Assembly (NCBI RefSeq): GCF_000150275.1
Contig: NW_002060943.1
Coordinates: forward strand, 6,502,299-6,566,298
Reading direction: 5' to 3'
Origin: Trichoplax adhaerens
Taxonomy: Eukaryota > Animalia > Placozoa
DNA: 64,000 nt
Shown here piece by piece: positions 45,603 to 58,840 of this stretch. The notes below the pieces were generated by a model. That model was not told the DNA's origin and did no database searches. It was given only the letters and a program-made list of their open reading frames with translations. The position numbers and the translations under genes were made by a program. Position 1 is the stretch's first letter; every line of letters starts with the position of its first letter.

Positions 45603-47435
45603 ATGGTATGATTAAATTAAAAAGTTGTTCATCTTTTTTGATTCATTTTTTCCCTTCCTTTGCAACAAATTGATACCAGTTATAATGATAATACTCTTGA
45701 GTTTAGTGATTACCTATTTAGAGAAATGATACGACTCTATAAAGTGGTCAAATAAATCATGTTGTTCATGTCGGAGCGTTTGTCGATCCGATCACGCCTT
45801 GTTGAAGGTGCGCGGTACTGCATACTGTACGGTACTTCAAACTGGCAGTAAAGTATTCGAGTTAGTCCAGTGGACGAATATCGACTATCTACGTTATCGA
45901 CTACCAGCAGCCATCTTTATCGTATTACTATAATCCTACAAGGATTATGGAATCACAGCGATTAGCTACTTTTGCAAGAAGATCATTGCTTTCGATCTCT
46001 GTACTTATTAAAAAGAGTGCAATGACTTAAAATGATATCCAAGTTCATGGCGCTCGCTGTTAGAACTGTATAGCGTGATATTTGAGTCCTTTCTTGGCTA
46101 GCACGCCAAGCTCAGGCTATTATTGGGAAATGTTACTTGTTTCCTCTATGTTTACAACGATCTTCCGAAATACTATCTGGACTTGATGTTTAAATAACGT
46201 TCACTTAGTGTTTTTAACAACCTTTAATATGTTCTTAAACTCTATTTTCGATGGAAGAAAGTCGACAACGACTGTACAGTATATTCCAACATCAAAGTCC
46301 TACATGATTTGTTCCATAAACGTTATCCTAACCTTTGACTATTGGTCTTGTAGATTCGTTTCATCTTTATCCAGAATCGTGCTGGTAAAACACGTTTAGC
46401 AAAATGGTATATGCATTTCGAAGATGAAGAAAAGCAAAAGTTAATAGAAGAAGTACATGCTCTTGTAACTGTCCGAGATGCTAAACATACCAACTTTGTT
46501 GAGGTAATTCAATACGATCTCAGAGATGAAATTACTTGAATTACCTACATGTAGAATGTTGTATAAGATACCGGAAAATCACAACCTATCTCAAATTGGT
46601 TTAAAATTCCTCTAATGATATATGGATATCGATTGTATGTTTACAGTTTCGTAATTACAAGATCGTATACCGACGCTATGCTGGGCTCTACTTTTGCTTA
46701 TGCGTGGACATCGCGGATAATAGCTTAGCATACTTAGAAGCTATACATAACTTTGTTGAGGTAAGGATAGCACTTAGACACAATGTTACAATTTAAATTA
46801 TCAGATCTTACCTATGCAGTAGATACATATTACTCGTTTTTCGAATCTGTTTGTATTTCTAACTTCTAATGTTGTCATACAGTCCTAAGATAGTTAAATC
46901 GAAATCCATAGTGACTCTTTTATGCTTTTGGCCTATTCAATAGCTATGTTTCTTCAATCCTGTTAGGTATTAAACGAATATTTCCACAATGTTTGCGAAT
47001 TGGATTTAGTGTTCAACTTCTATAAGGTAAGATAAAGTTTTCTACTAGCTATTGTCAGTGTATAGAGAATAATCTTCATTGTATCTCCTATTGTAACTAA
47101 TTACTGTAGATGTTGTTGTGAGCCTACAAAATTTGGTGTAATCAACATGCCTCTAGTATTGATAATGATACACTTTATTATACTTACAAGGGCTTTTTAT
47201 ACCAACTATTGATTAGGTCGAATAGCAAAGTTGTTATTGACCTAATTTTGTAGATATCAGCTGATAGTATTCAGTTATAATCTTGTTTGTCTGCTTAATT
47301 TAAAGATTTTTTAAATTGTTTATTTTCATTCAGGTCTACACAGTTGTTGATGAAATGTTTTTAGCTGGCGAAATTCGTGAAACTAGTCAAAGCAAAGTAT
47401 TAAAACAGTTGCTGACGTTACAAACATACGACTAA
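45603..47435 (+). CDS. AP2S1: AP-2 complex subunit sigma, 142 aa; exons 45603-45605, 46354-46503, 46647-46760, 46967-47026, 47334-47435
   Basis: M|[50 protein letters not shown]|[33 protein letters not shown]|[20 protein letters not shown]|[33 protein letters not shown]. All introns are phase-0 GT-AG. The ATG-only first coding exon (ATG|gtatga) is inferred. Confidence 0.96.
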
Positions 47436-49167
47436 ATTTAAAAGCCACACCAAACTCATTACATTAAAGATCTTGTAATAGTTATGTGACAAGTAAATTG
47501 GAAATAGAATTGCCTAAATTATGGATTACCGTCATTTACACACGTAGTTTGATATAATCCTTAGAGTTATAAGAGACACTTGTAAGTTACCAAGTTCATG
47601 GTAAATTTCCTATATGAATGTATTTTAATCCTAAGTAATAAGTATAAATAAGAATGGTTCGGCCATGGACTTCTCACTAACTACAACTCTATGTACCATA
47701 GTCTGTAATACTGTAGTAGTATGACCCAATAATTAATTAAAAATGTAATTATAAAGTTAGCTAGTTTAGTTTTGTACTTATTCATATAAACGATTACCTA
47801 TCAACTTTTATGATAAAATTTGCTCTTCTGATGTATTTGATGATTATGATATTGTATTGATTGTTAGTAAATGAAATTTTAGAGACTAGCGTCGATGTTG
47901 TAGTTCTGTATTATCGCTAAAAATAAAAGTTTATATAAAATTTTATCAAATTTTATCCAAAGTGGTAGCCTGCAATTCATACTGTATACAGATGTAGTAA
48001 TACAACTTTGCAAGATCAATGATAGCTACAATAATACTGCAATTGCTCTATAAACGAGGTGTAACTTGATTTTCAAGGCGTACTTTTCAGCAATCTTAAG
48101 AGGCTGACTATGTTTGAGCCTTCTAGTCAGGTTTCGTTATCTTATAGATTCAGTTAATTCATCCTGCACTCGTGCGACTACTAATAAGATTAAGCTTAAC
48201 AGTTAGTTAGGTGAAGAACAACCTTTCTGTGCAGTTTCTGACTGCACTGTACATTCACTGTACGTAAAACATTTGATGATCAAAATTGTGAATTCTGATA
48301 GCTAGTATTTGTTATAAACATAGTATAATGTTGGTGCCACTTAGCGTAGACTTTTTTAGATTTATGTCAGTCTTAGGCAGCCATCCCCCGATTGGATATA
48401 ATTCAATGACTCGTTTGTCAAATTCCAACTTTAATCTTTTTGAGAGCAATCTGAAGAGTAGTAAAGTCACATGATGTAGTAAGCTCAAGGAATAGTGAAA
48501 CTACAATTCTATAAATAGTTTTCAAACCTGATGGCCAGCTCTCAAGGAAATCGATGAGCAATGAATGGACTTCAGCCCTTTAGAGCACAATATGGTAACT
48601 CAAAGCTCGAGTTGTTAAAATAAAGCAAATCTACAATATAAGGAATAGTCCAAGAATACCATTTCATTATACCAGCCGCAACCTACAAATATTCTCTTAG
48701 GTTAAACAGACTGTTCGACGTCACATAGCCTTTACAACAAACTGTTACCATACCTTCAAAATCCACAAGTACTGTAATCAGCTGAAATCACTACGTCATG
48801 TCTTCAAACATATATAAATAACTATATTAATATCGATACCAACACCACCCTTGCTACAACCCCCTTCAAAAAAATTATATTCCGTTAAAAACTATCGCCA
48901 CGGAGTTTTCGTTCATAAATCTCTGATATAACAAAGTTATAAAAGGCTTACGAAGGATAACAGATAATTTTATTTCATATCTTAAAATTGTGTCAGAAAC
49001 TTACAAGCTCGCTTACAATTCTTTCTCTGCTAATGCTATTAATTTAGAGTTAGATGATATGTAGCATTTTTTGATTTTAATTTTTAGTAAATACTGATCA
49101 TAAGCGTAATACCTGATAACGAAAAAGAGTAAAACTTTATTATTTGTAGACATTAAAGTAAATTAGT

Positions 49168-51998
49168 TTAAATTACATTCGTTTCATTCAATGGTGAATT
49201 CTTTAGAATTCTATCAAATCCGAGTCTCGTTAGGTCTATGGAAGTAAATTTTCCATCTATAATTAATTCGCTAATGGCACGTCCAGCGGCAGGGCTTTGT
49301 TGAATACCATGGCCACTAAATCCGTTGATAAAGTAGAAATTTTGCAATACAGGATGAGCACCAATAATAGCGTTCTGGTCTACAGTGTTGTAATCGTAGA
49401 AACCACCCCAACCACCAACAATCTAAGCATGAATTTGGAAAGTGAACAAACGAAAATAGCTTTTCAAACTTCTTAAAGAATTACTCTAATTTTCGTACAA
49501 TTTATTAAATCATATAGTTATCTACGGTATTTACGTATGCAAGAGTCGAACCTTAAGAGATTCAAATGCTGGTACGCGTTGAGCAAGGAATTCCCACAGT
49601 TCATCGTAGAAATACTCGAAATCGCAGTCCAAATTATCGCATTTCGGCTCTTGCTCCTAACATCAAAGTAAAAAGTAAGTATTACAGAAATACTATTTGA
49701 GTTTAAGCTGCCCATTTATACTGTACAAAATTATTTATAATTTAGTGTAAAAACTATTATCTGGAATTCAATGCCGAGCACACGCTCATTAAAATTAGAA
49801 TGCCGTATGTAAGTAAAGTTCTGTGCCGGCACATTACAGCTAGTCAACGTGATAGATTAAAATACTGTCGATAACTTACAGCGCTTGGACTACGTCCACA
49901 TATATAGTAGCCAGAACATTCACGCCGGAAATATGTGCCAGATGAATCAACAGTAACTGCGGGCGTTGACTTTGGTCCAGTAGGACAATCATAAACGTAC
50001 ACGTACCTTTTGGCTGGCTGAACTGGCAAAGATACAGACATTAATCCATCTTTCTCACTTCCGATACCAGCCATTGAAGCAATGTGGCCAGCCCATGGGC
50101 CACAAGCATTAACTAAGTAACGACATTTTATTGATTCTTTGTGATTGTCTTCGTTCATTTTCACCTATCATGTTCATGTGAATATTTAAAATTTTAAGAT
50201 TAGAAAAAGCAGATATATTTTTCTCAAATCAAAGCTCAATAAAAAGTATGCAACACCAGTACATAAAGCAGTGGATAAATAAATTTAAATATACGAGCAT
50301 ATCAATTATGCGTACTACAGTTTGAAAACAGCAAAGGATGTCACGTAAACATTCAATCACCTCGATTCCTGCAATTTCCTTCTGGTTTCGCATGATATCA
50401 ACAACTTCTCCATTCAAATATCGAACTGACATTGCCACAACTTTTTTTCTCATGCATTGTAAAAATGAATAGGGATCAAAAGAACCTTCATTTTCGAGAC
50501 CTAGATACGAAACAAAAGGGCAAATTTAATTCTATTATGCTTATAGATATTTGACTATTTATTCGACAAGTTTACTCCGTAGTGGCAATCGATTATATAT
50601 TTTCATAGTTAGTTTTGCATGCAGGATTAACAACTTAAAGGAAGGCTCGTAAATGAAAGTTTATTACCTAGAGAAGCAATAGCAATACCATCCGTATTTA
50701 TCCATGGAAATATTTGCGATAATTCCTTTTTGGATAATAGTTTGACTGCAGCTCCCATGGAACTGTTGATACCGAAATATGAATAGTAGATCATCGTTAA
50801 GTTATAATTAAAAGAAACACAATTGTAATTATACGTACATAAGAAAATTGTGAACAATTAAAAGTGTTGAAAAATTTCAATAATTATATTGGCTTAGTAT
50901 CTAATATGACTCGCTTGGAGTATTCTACAAATTGGATAATAAAATTTCTAAATAAGAAACTGATTCGAATGTTTCTCTTAATTGTAATTTCGTTCAATAA
51001 AACATATAGTTGGACATGAACTAACTGCTCAACAATTAAAATGAAAGTTGATTTGACTAATCTTGTATACTACATGGCCAATTTCACGTATAAGCCTATT
51101 ATGGAATTATGATAGAAAATCACTTTACCGTTGAACATCATAGTTTTCACGCAATAATTTCTCTCGATTCTCATCAACGAGATAGACGTAAGGGGCGTTA
51201 CGAAATTGGATATCAAGATCATCATCGTCTTCCACTTTCAGATATTGATTACATTTCGAAATAAAATCGTAACCAAATTTGGACATCATTATATTTTCAG
51301 GAACGGAAAATTGCTGGCGTATCGAGCCACAAGAAAGTGGTGTAGAGGCCTTTTCATACTATTACAAGATAGCATTTAAAATTGGAGAGTCAGACTTGTC
51401 AATACAACATTTGGATCGCGTGACGATTGCACTTACATAAATCATGCACTAAATGAACTGATTATAATAGTTCGTGTTCATCGATCATAAAGTACTTGCA
51501 TGCAGTAAGAAATTGAGAAACCGTATTGGTTAAGAGAAACTTCTCAATTCACTTTGCCTCACGTTAAACTTGGTAACTTCAATCCCTGTACTCGTATAAG
51601 TCTAGTAGCACAGTTATAAAAAAATGCTATCAATTGCTAACTACTTAGTGTAAGCCATGAACGGTTATCGATACTTTACGAACATTGGGAGTAATTAAGT
51701 TACGGTCCATCCCGGGAATCGATCATACCCCGGAACATTTAGACATGTCTAATCTACAGTAGATGATGATTCATCGATACTATCATATATGTACCTTATT
51801 ATCTCTCTCGATAACACATATCTTGGTTGGATCGATACGCTTGGCTAAAAAGTATGCTGTTGTCAAGCCCATAATACCACCACCAGCGATGACAACATCG
51901 AATTGGTCAGAAGGTAAAGATGACAGATGCTTTCCCCATCTTGCCAACATCGACTTGTTTAAGGATTTTATGGATGAATGTAGCAGACGACTAGCCAT
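49168..51998 (-). CDS. FOXRED1: FAD-dependent oxidoreductase domain-containing protein 1 (complex I assembly factor), 7 exons
   Basis: Basic/Ser-rich mitochondrial presequence-like N-terminus; DVVIAGGGIMG dinucleotide-binding motif; ASTPLSCGSIRQQFSVPENI; FPWINTDGI; GLENEGSFDP; VNACGPWA; LPVQPAKRYVY; YDYNTVDQNAIIGAHP; GFSGHGIQQSPAAGRAISELI; ends NETNVI*. Confidence 0.94.
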
Positions 51999-54900
51999 TT
52001 TGCAGGATGATTTGGATAGCTAATGGATTTTGGACGATATCATTTCACAAAGAAATGACAAGTAGAATGCAGAATACGGTAGATCAGTTCGAATTTATCT
52101 TAGCAATTAATGAACCAATTAATTAATCAGCCCAGCAACAGTTGCAATTAGCAATTTCCGAGCTAAAAAGCAGCTGGGTGTTATGACTTTTGCGATGGAT
52201 TGCCCTTGCCACCCACCACTTAATCGTCCAATGTCTAGTGTCCAACCTCTAATACAAATTGATATAATTTCCAGTTCCCGTTGAGCTAGGTTATAATTCA
52301 TTAACAGTTGGCAACGATATCGTATGGCAACAGTAGAGATGTTTACACTATTACGATTATATAAATAGACTATAATAAATATACTGTATCATGTAGGCAA
52401 CGCTAATGCTGAAGTGTGAGGAGGTCCAAAATCCAAATCGTACTCACTCGTATGTTACATCGTAAACATGACTTTTGTCCCATACAAAATCATTGCAAAA
52501 GAATACAAGCGCCATATTCGACCTACTTGTACTGATGGTTTTGCAATATGACGAAATTATACTTGTAATGGCATCTAATAAAATGCCCATAATTATTACA
52601 AATGGAGACATAAAATTGCTTTTAGGACATAAGTACATATTGAAATTATGCTTGGATGATAAAATGAAGTTGGAGAGAATCAGCGTTGGAGGGTTAACCG
52701 GCCATTAGCCAGTAGAGACGTGCGATTGAAGTTGGAAAGTGCTGTTGTAGAAGAAAAATATTTTCAATCACAAGAGGGTAGAATATATCAAATTCCTCTC
52801 ATTGTAGATTTATACTATGCAAAGTTTAAGTCTAGAACCTGCGAAAAATTACTTTATAGTAGTCTCTACCATTCGTATACTAACGGCTTTTCACCTTAAA
52901 CGACTATTTGGAACTTTCTTAATTATAATTAGCGATCCAGCCGTAGGCGGTAGTTGCCTTATTTGACGGCCCAACCATATTCTATCTACACTGGTAACAT
53001 TAACAGCGACTGCGGCAATTCTCAATAGAAAATGGCGGGCCCTATTACCATCTAAAGAAATAGGAAAATAAATTAATTAATGCTATACAGTCAATAAATT
53101 AAGTTAAGTTAATCTTATTACAAGTAATAAATAGCACGACCCGGTAAATATGGCATACAGACAACAAAATATACCGTAAGTAAGAGATACAAACGGTTAA
53201 ATTTAATTTATGGCAGGTCTGGCGCAAAATTCTAGTCTTCAAGTGATTGTTTAGCCTGGATAAGAGTAGAAAATCCTGACGAAAAGAAAAGGCTAGAAAT
53301 TTTGCCACTGCGATTAATTTTAATTTTAATTCCTTTACCCTTTATAACAAATTGTAGCTTTGCATCATGACTATTTGATGCCTGTAACTACCCGTTCACT
53401 TTCTTAGTATTAAACAGCATTGGGCAATGAAACTTAATTAAAAAGTATAAAGTTGAACTTGTGGACTATTTCCTTTTTTTTGCTTAAAGAATGGAATTTA
53501 GGTAGTTACATATTAATTAGAATTAAAATTATTAAATTAAAAATGATTAATTCTGAGGACAACAAACATGCTGTACGACGCATCTATCAATAATTAATAT
53601 AATTAATTTACATTTCCTATTTTAATCATATTTAGCGATCCTTGATTAAAATAGCTGTTTTTCGTATTGCCTTAGCTATGTTTAAGGTATAATTGTATGC
53701 AATTAAAAGTATGTTATAGTTCTTACCCTAGCAGTCAAAATTGATTGTCGTCGAAGTAATTGTGTATGAAGGAAAATTTTTCTTCACTTTAGCAATATTA
53801 TGAATAATCGTTTACTTATAATATTAAGACACAACTCTTCTGGATATTGACGTAATACAGCAAGCTGAGCAGTAATTATGAATGAGCAGACGTAATCAAA
53901 TCAGCTAAAAATATCGCCTAAAACAGATCCAGTTACTAGTCTAGGTAACCTGATCGTTACTCACTAACGCACTCTTCCAGGCTTTTAACAGAAATGCCAA
54001 ATATTTCTTGATAGGCTATAGAGTCAACGTATATAATATACACGTAGCGCTAAAGAATCATTTTACGACCCCATTAAATCGCATTTACGCATTCACGTTA
54101 TCTGCATAGCAAGGGTGCAACTCGTTAAACTTGGAATCAATTTTAACTCTCCTTGCGGCCTTCCTATGCTTTTAAGTTGTATAAAGCAATTATATAATTA
54201 TTGGTGAGTTCCATCTTTACAAATTTACAAATTGCTAACAGCAAAGCTAGCTTTAATTAATAAACGTTTTGCTAGGAAATATCTCATAAAATACTGAATA
54301 GATCTACTCGCTTCAAGACTTTTCTGAGTTATAAGTTATATCATTCAAATACCTACATTAACCATACAAAACCAATTTAAACTATTATTATTAATACCTT
54401 CAACAACGCCAGCTTTGATTTATAAGTGTTTTTATCACATGACAGTCTTTTATAGGTACTTATGCTGTAATATACGGTATTAAGCATAGTTATTGATAGG
54501 ACCTTCTTTAGTAGCATATTAATCAGTTATTATACTGTAACGACAGTAACTATCATCTAATGGCTAGATTAGTAAGGATTGTTTAAAATGATAATATACA
54601 ACGAGTAACTGGAATAATGGCCACAATATAGCAGAGAAAGTAACACGCACAGAAGCATTGTCATAACATCAAAGCCTTGGAAAGTCCATAGGATTAGCTC
54701 TTACATTAACGGTCATAAGTGATTGGCTTCTTTATTTTTACATAGAAATGAATTTTATAATCTCTTGTTCTGCGACAATAATGCTGAATTTGACAACCGG
54801 TCAGGCACATCCAATTTACTACCATTGTTACTAACGATAACGAAAGAGATTTTAACCTAAACAAATCTTTACCTTCAACAATTCATTGCACACATTTGCT

Positions 54901-55457
54901 TCACTCAATATCGTACAAATTTATTGCTAACAACAAAATGGCCAACATGAGATGGTTGCAAGCAAGTAGGGAAGATAAATTATCATTATTACAAGTCAGC
55001 ATTAAATTAGATTTCCATTTTATTCCATAATCATTTTATGTACTTGAATAATAATATAATTTATGGCTAAAATTTCAATTAGCAGGTATATGGTTAATAC
55101 TGGAATTACCAATACTTCATGATTTCTTCTTATTTCATTAGTTCATAATACGCTTGTAAATAAAATACATCAGCTAGCTATAACCTGACATAGTTTATAG
55201 CAATAATATTACAACCTATGGAAGATACCTGCTTTTTATATCAAATCTACAATGTTTACTTACTGTTATAAAAATATGTTCTAGCATGTTTATTAATCTT
55301 GGAAAGGGATTATTGAGATTAAAAATATCATAAACTTAAAAATGACATAGTGATTTTAAATTGTTTCTCACTCTTTATTACTGGTAAGTACCCAAATGAA
55401 TTGTATTTCTTTACTAGCATCACTTTGACTATATAGTGCATTTATTATAGCACCTTC

Positions 55458-58400
55458 TTATATGAAATTGGCAGATGTAGCTGTTTGGCCTAAATCTTTT
55501 TTAGCACTTGATATCTCAGGGCTACAGTCATGCTCGTAAGGTTTGGAATGATCTTTCTTATAAAATATCCAACTAGCAAAGAAGCAAATAGTAGAAGCTA
55601 TCTTGATAAATAAACTAATGCCACTGATATAGTACATTATAGCTTTGTTATCATAGACTAAACATACAGATACTTTATTACTACAGTTACTATCCCAAAA
55701 TACACATGCTTGATCAATAAATGCTCCTACTAGTATCGGAGCCGGTAGGCTGGCAACTAATCTTAAGAATACCCACGAGAAACCAACAGCAAAGGACCGC
55801 TGACTTTCCGAGACACTTCTAAAATTATTAATAAAATAGTAAAATTAATGGTTTGCTCAAGCTATCATTATCTCGTCTTTTATATCATATCTACGTTAAT
55901 ATACGAGTAAATTAAATTGATAGATTCTATGTATTGAGAGTAACTTTTAAATCTTGAAAATTAACGTATTAATAAGCCTGCGACAATGTCTAAAGTAAAA
56001 TTGTAAAGATTAATAGCTCTGTAGCCACGGAGAACTTGTAGCGTATTTCAATATTAGCAACTGAAAAGGCAAGTCTCAACTTCTTTCAGGAATAATACAT
56101 GAAAAGAAATTCTTGCCTCATCATTGCTTCTGTTATTGGAACTATTTTAGCACTCATGATGGTTAAGGAAATTGTTAAACCAACGAGAAATGGAATCAAT
56201 TCTTGGCATGATTTACGGCATAATCCTCCTAGAGCATCATATGGCCGTAGTGGAATTGTTGTTTTATTGACGCAACTGCAGTCTAGGTACATCTGAAATT
56301 AAGTTAAATATCATTAGCAAAATTCAGAGTAAAGAAATTAATTTTGATTTGATACTCACATTAGTATATTATTCTGAATAAGTAACTGTGATAATTAAAA
56401 TCTGCTTATAGGTGTTATAAATTTTTTATCGAAGGTAGCGATGAAACTACATATTGATTTCTTCTTAAGATATGCAAGTATTCTAGCATTATAAAACACC
56501 AATACAAAATCTGATCATGTTATCTTCGGATAGCAATACAGGAATATAAAATACTATGATGAAGGTCTTTGAATCTACGAAATAAATTTCTTGCGTAGAA
56601 TACTGCTGTAATAATATTGTCTATTAAACTTCATATTAATTTTGATAGAATACTCACATTAGTATAATATTCTGGATTAAAGGCACTGCTTGAGCAGCCA
56701 GCATGGCATGGAGAATAAAAACTAACTCCATCTATACCACATATAGGATTATATTTAACGCCATTACACATGCAGTTTGAATTGCAAGAGGACATCAAAT
56801 TAGGACTAGGGAGCCTAGTGATGTTATAAATTTGAAACTTTTAATCATTTGAGTGTGCTATCAATCAGAAAATAACATTATATCTTTTAGGCTAGATTAT
56901 GCCTTGTGAATGACAATCGCAATTTCATGAGAGTAAAATTTTGCAATTCAAAAATTGTAGATTCCTTTAGATAATTATACAATAATTGTAGTGCAAGTAT
57001 ATTTTATACTCAATATAGAAACATGAGACGATATTAATGCGGCAATGTAATTGTAGTTTCTCAAAAATTTTGCATGGGCATTATCAAAATTAATTGTAAT
57101 TAGACATCATTTCGTAATTCTTGATTTGTAAAATCTTTCCTGTTAACATCATCTTAACTATCCAATGCTTGATATTAAATGAAGTAGTGTAGTTTGATTC
57201 AAACTTACGTTGTTGGTGTGGATAGAGGATTATCAGGATAATTACGGTTAACTCCAGCAAATGGAAGATCACCGCAGTAGACAAAATAAGTTAAAACAAC
57301 TATGGCATCAGCTATACTAATGATCCAAGTCAATTTGATGGCGGCGACGCCATTCATCTTGAGAAACTTCATGATTATTCCACTCTAGTCCAATCAGAAA
57401 TATACCTTCGGTTATTAATGGTAATAATGCTGTATAAAATATATCTTAAATAAGCTACAAGGTACTAAAAAGTTTTTGCAAATATGATCGTATCGAACTA
57501 TCATCAATAAAACTAGCCTATCAGATTACCAATATAATGCCAGCTGTACCGCTAGCTAAAGCAATATAACCAGTAGTGAGGCTTGCTTGATAAGCCGGCA
57601 TATAAAATCGTGTTTCAATAATTTTGACTAAAAAGTAGCCAAATCCAGATACTAATATATACTCGAATGAATTGCCTGCTACTATAAGCATGTATGGGAC
57701 GTTGGTGACTAATGCTTTAATTGCTTTGAAGATATTTTTAGTCTTGATCCCATATTCATGATCGATCCGAGCATTTTTACCGGCCATATCTTTACGTAAT
57801 GCTTTATATTTTTCAAATCCTGGTAAATACTTCGGAAATGCAAATAGTGGTATAGAAATCAGCACTAAGATAATTCCCATCGATAAGAAACAAATCCACC
57901 AAGCACCAATCCACCTAGGATCAAAAGGTGTCATACCTTGCACAGTAGATAAATAGAGATTTTAATTTCAGACATCGAATAATACTTTATTGGAGAGAAA
58001 TAAAAGTACTAGAGATAAAATTGAAGGATTTTAAAAGGAGTAAAAGTATTTTAATTATTTGATACCTATAGGAGCTGACTTAGGAGTATCAACATAAATT
58101 TGTAATATCGTAGCAGCAATAATAAAGCCCAATGAAGGACCTATAGCAGTTACGCTCGACATAATCGCAAGATACATGGCTGATGACAGCGGATGGACAT
58201 TTTCATCAATGTAAGCATAGCCAATATTCCACAATAAGTTATAGCCAGCACCCATGATCAATTGACTGATGATAAAGATTGGATAAAACCGACGCGAAGA
58301 AGTAGGAACACCTGCATTAATATTGCAAACTTGATCGGCAAAGGAGTCGGGTTTATCGATACATAAATCAGTATAATTACTGGTAGTAATAATAGGTTGA

Positions 58401-58840
58401 TATGGTCCGACAAAGAAATGGGGTAATGCAAAAATGATCGAGCCGATACCAACTACCAATGCTCCAATGCTTAGAAATCTTCCTTTATGCCTTAAGCCTG
58501 CGTAATAACTAGCAATAAAACCGATAATTGCTGCAGAAACCTCTGAACATGCAGGCAATGCTCCAACTTCGGCACTTGTTAGTATAAATCTCTTTTCCAG
58601 CGAGCTCACTACAGAGGCAGTAAATCCAGATACTAATACTTCAGCAAAAAATCCATAAAGAAAGATGAATAAAAGTAACCACCATCGATGGTTACAACAT
58701 TGAAGCCATGTTGGATGGAATGAGCCCCATCCAAAGTATCCATGTTTTATAACTTTAATTGATTCCTCGAAATGTAATATATCATCATTATCATCATCTG
58801 CTTGTTGGTGGTCATTTTGGGCGCCATTACTATTAGACAT
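55458..58840 (-). CDS. SLCO4A1: Organic anion transporting polypeptide (SLCO/OATP, most like the SLCO4 group), 6 coding exons
   Basis: GWGSFHPTWLQ, SSLEKRF, FALPHF, AYIDENV, OATP signature DPRWIGAWW, Kazal-like CNSNCMC..YNPICGIDGVSFYSPCHAGC, QRSFAVG, LPAPILVGAFIDQACVFW; ends ANFI*. Family is secure; one-to-one orthology to SLCO4A1 is not. Confidence 0.9.

Noticed and set aside
51700-51736. Small imperfect inverted repeat ccggg..gatc..cccgg in FOXRED1 intron 1
   Set aside because: Short, with no partner terminus found; cannot support a transposon call
51763-52023. Plus-strand 86-aa ORF
   Set aside because: Antisense shadow of FOXRED1 exon 1; the same applies to ORFs at 36182, 37043, 40120 and 56099
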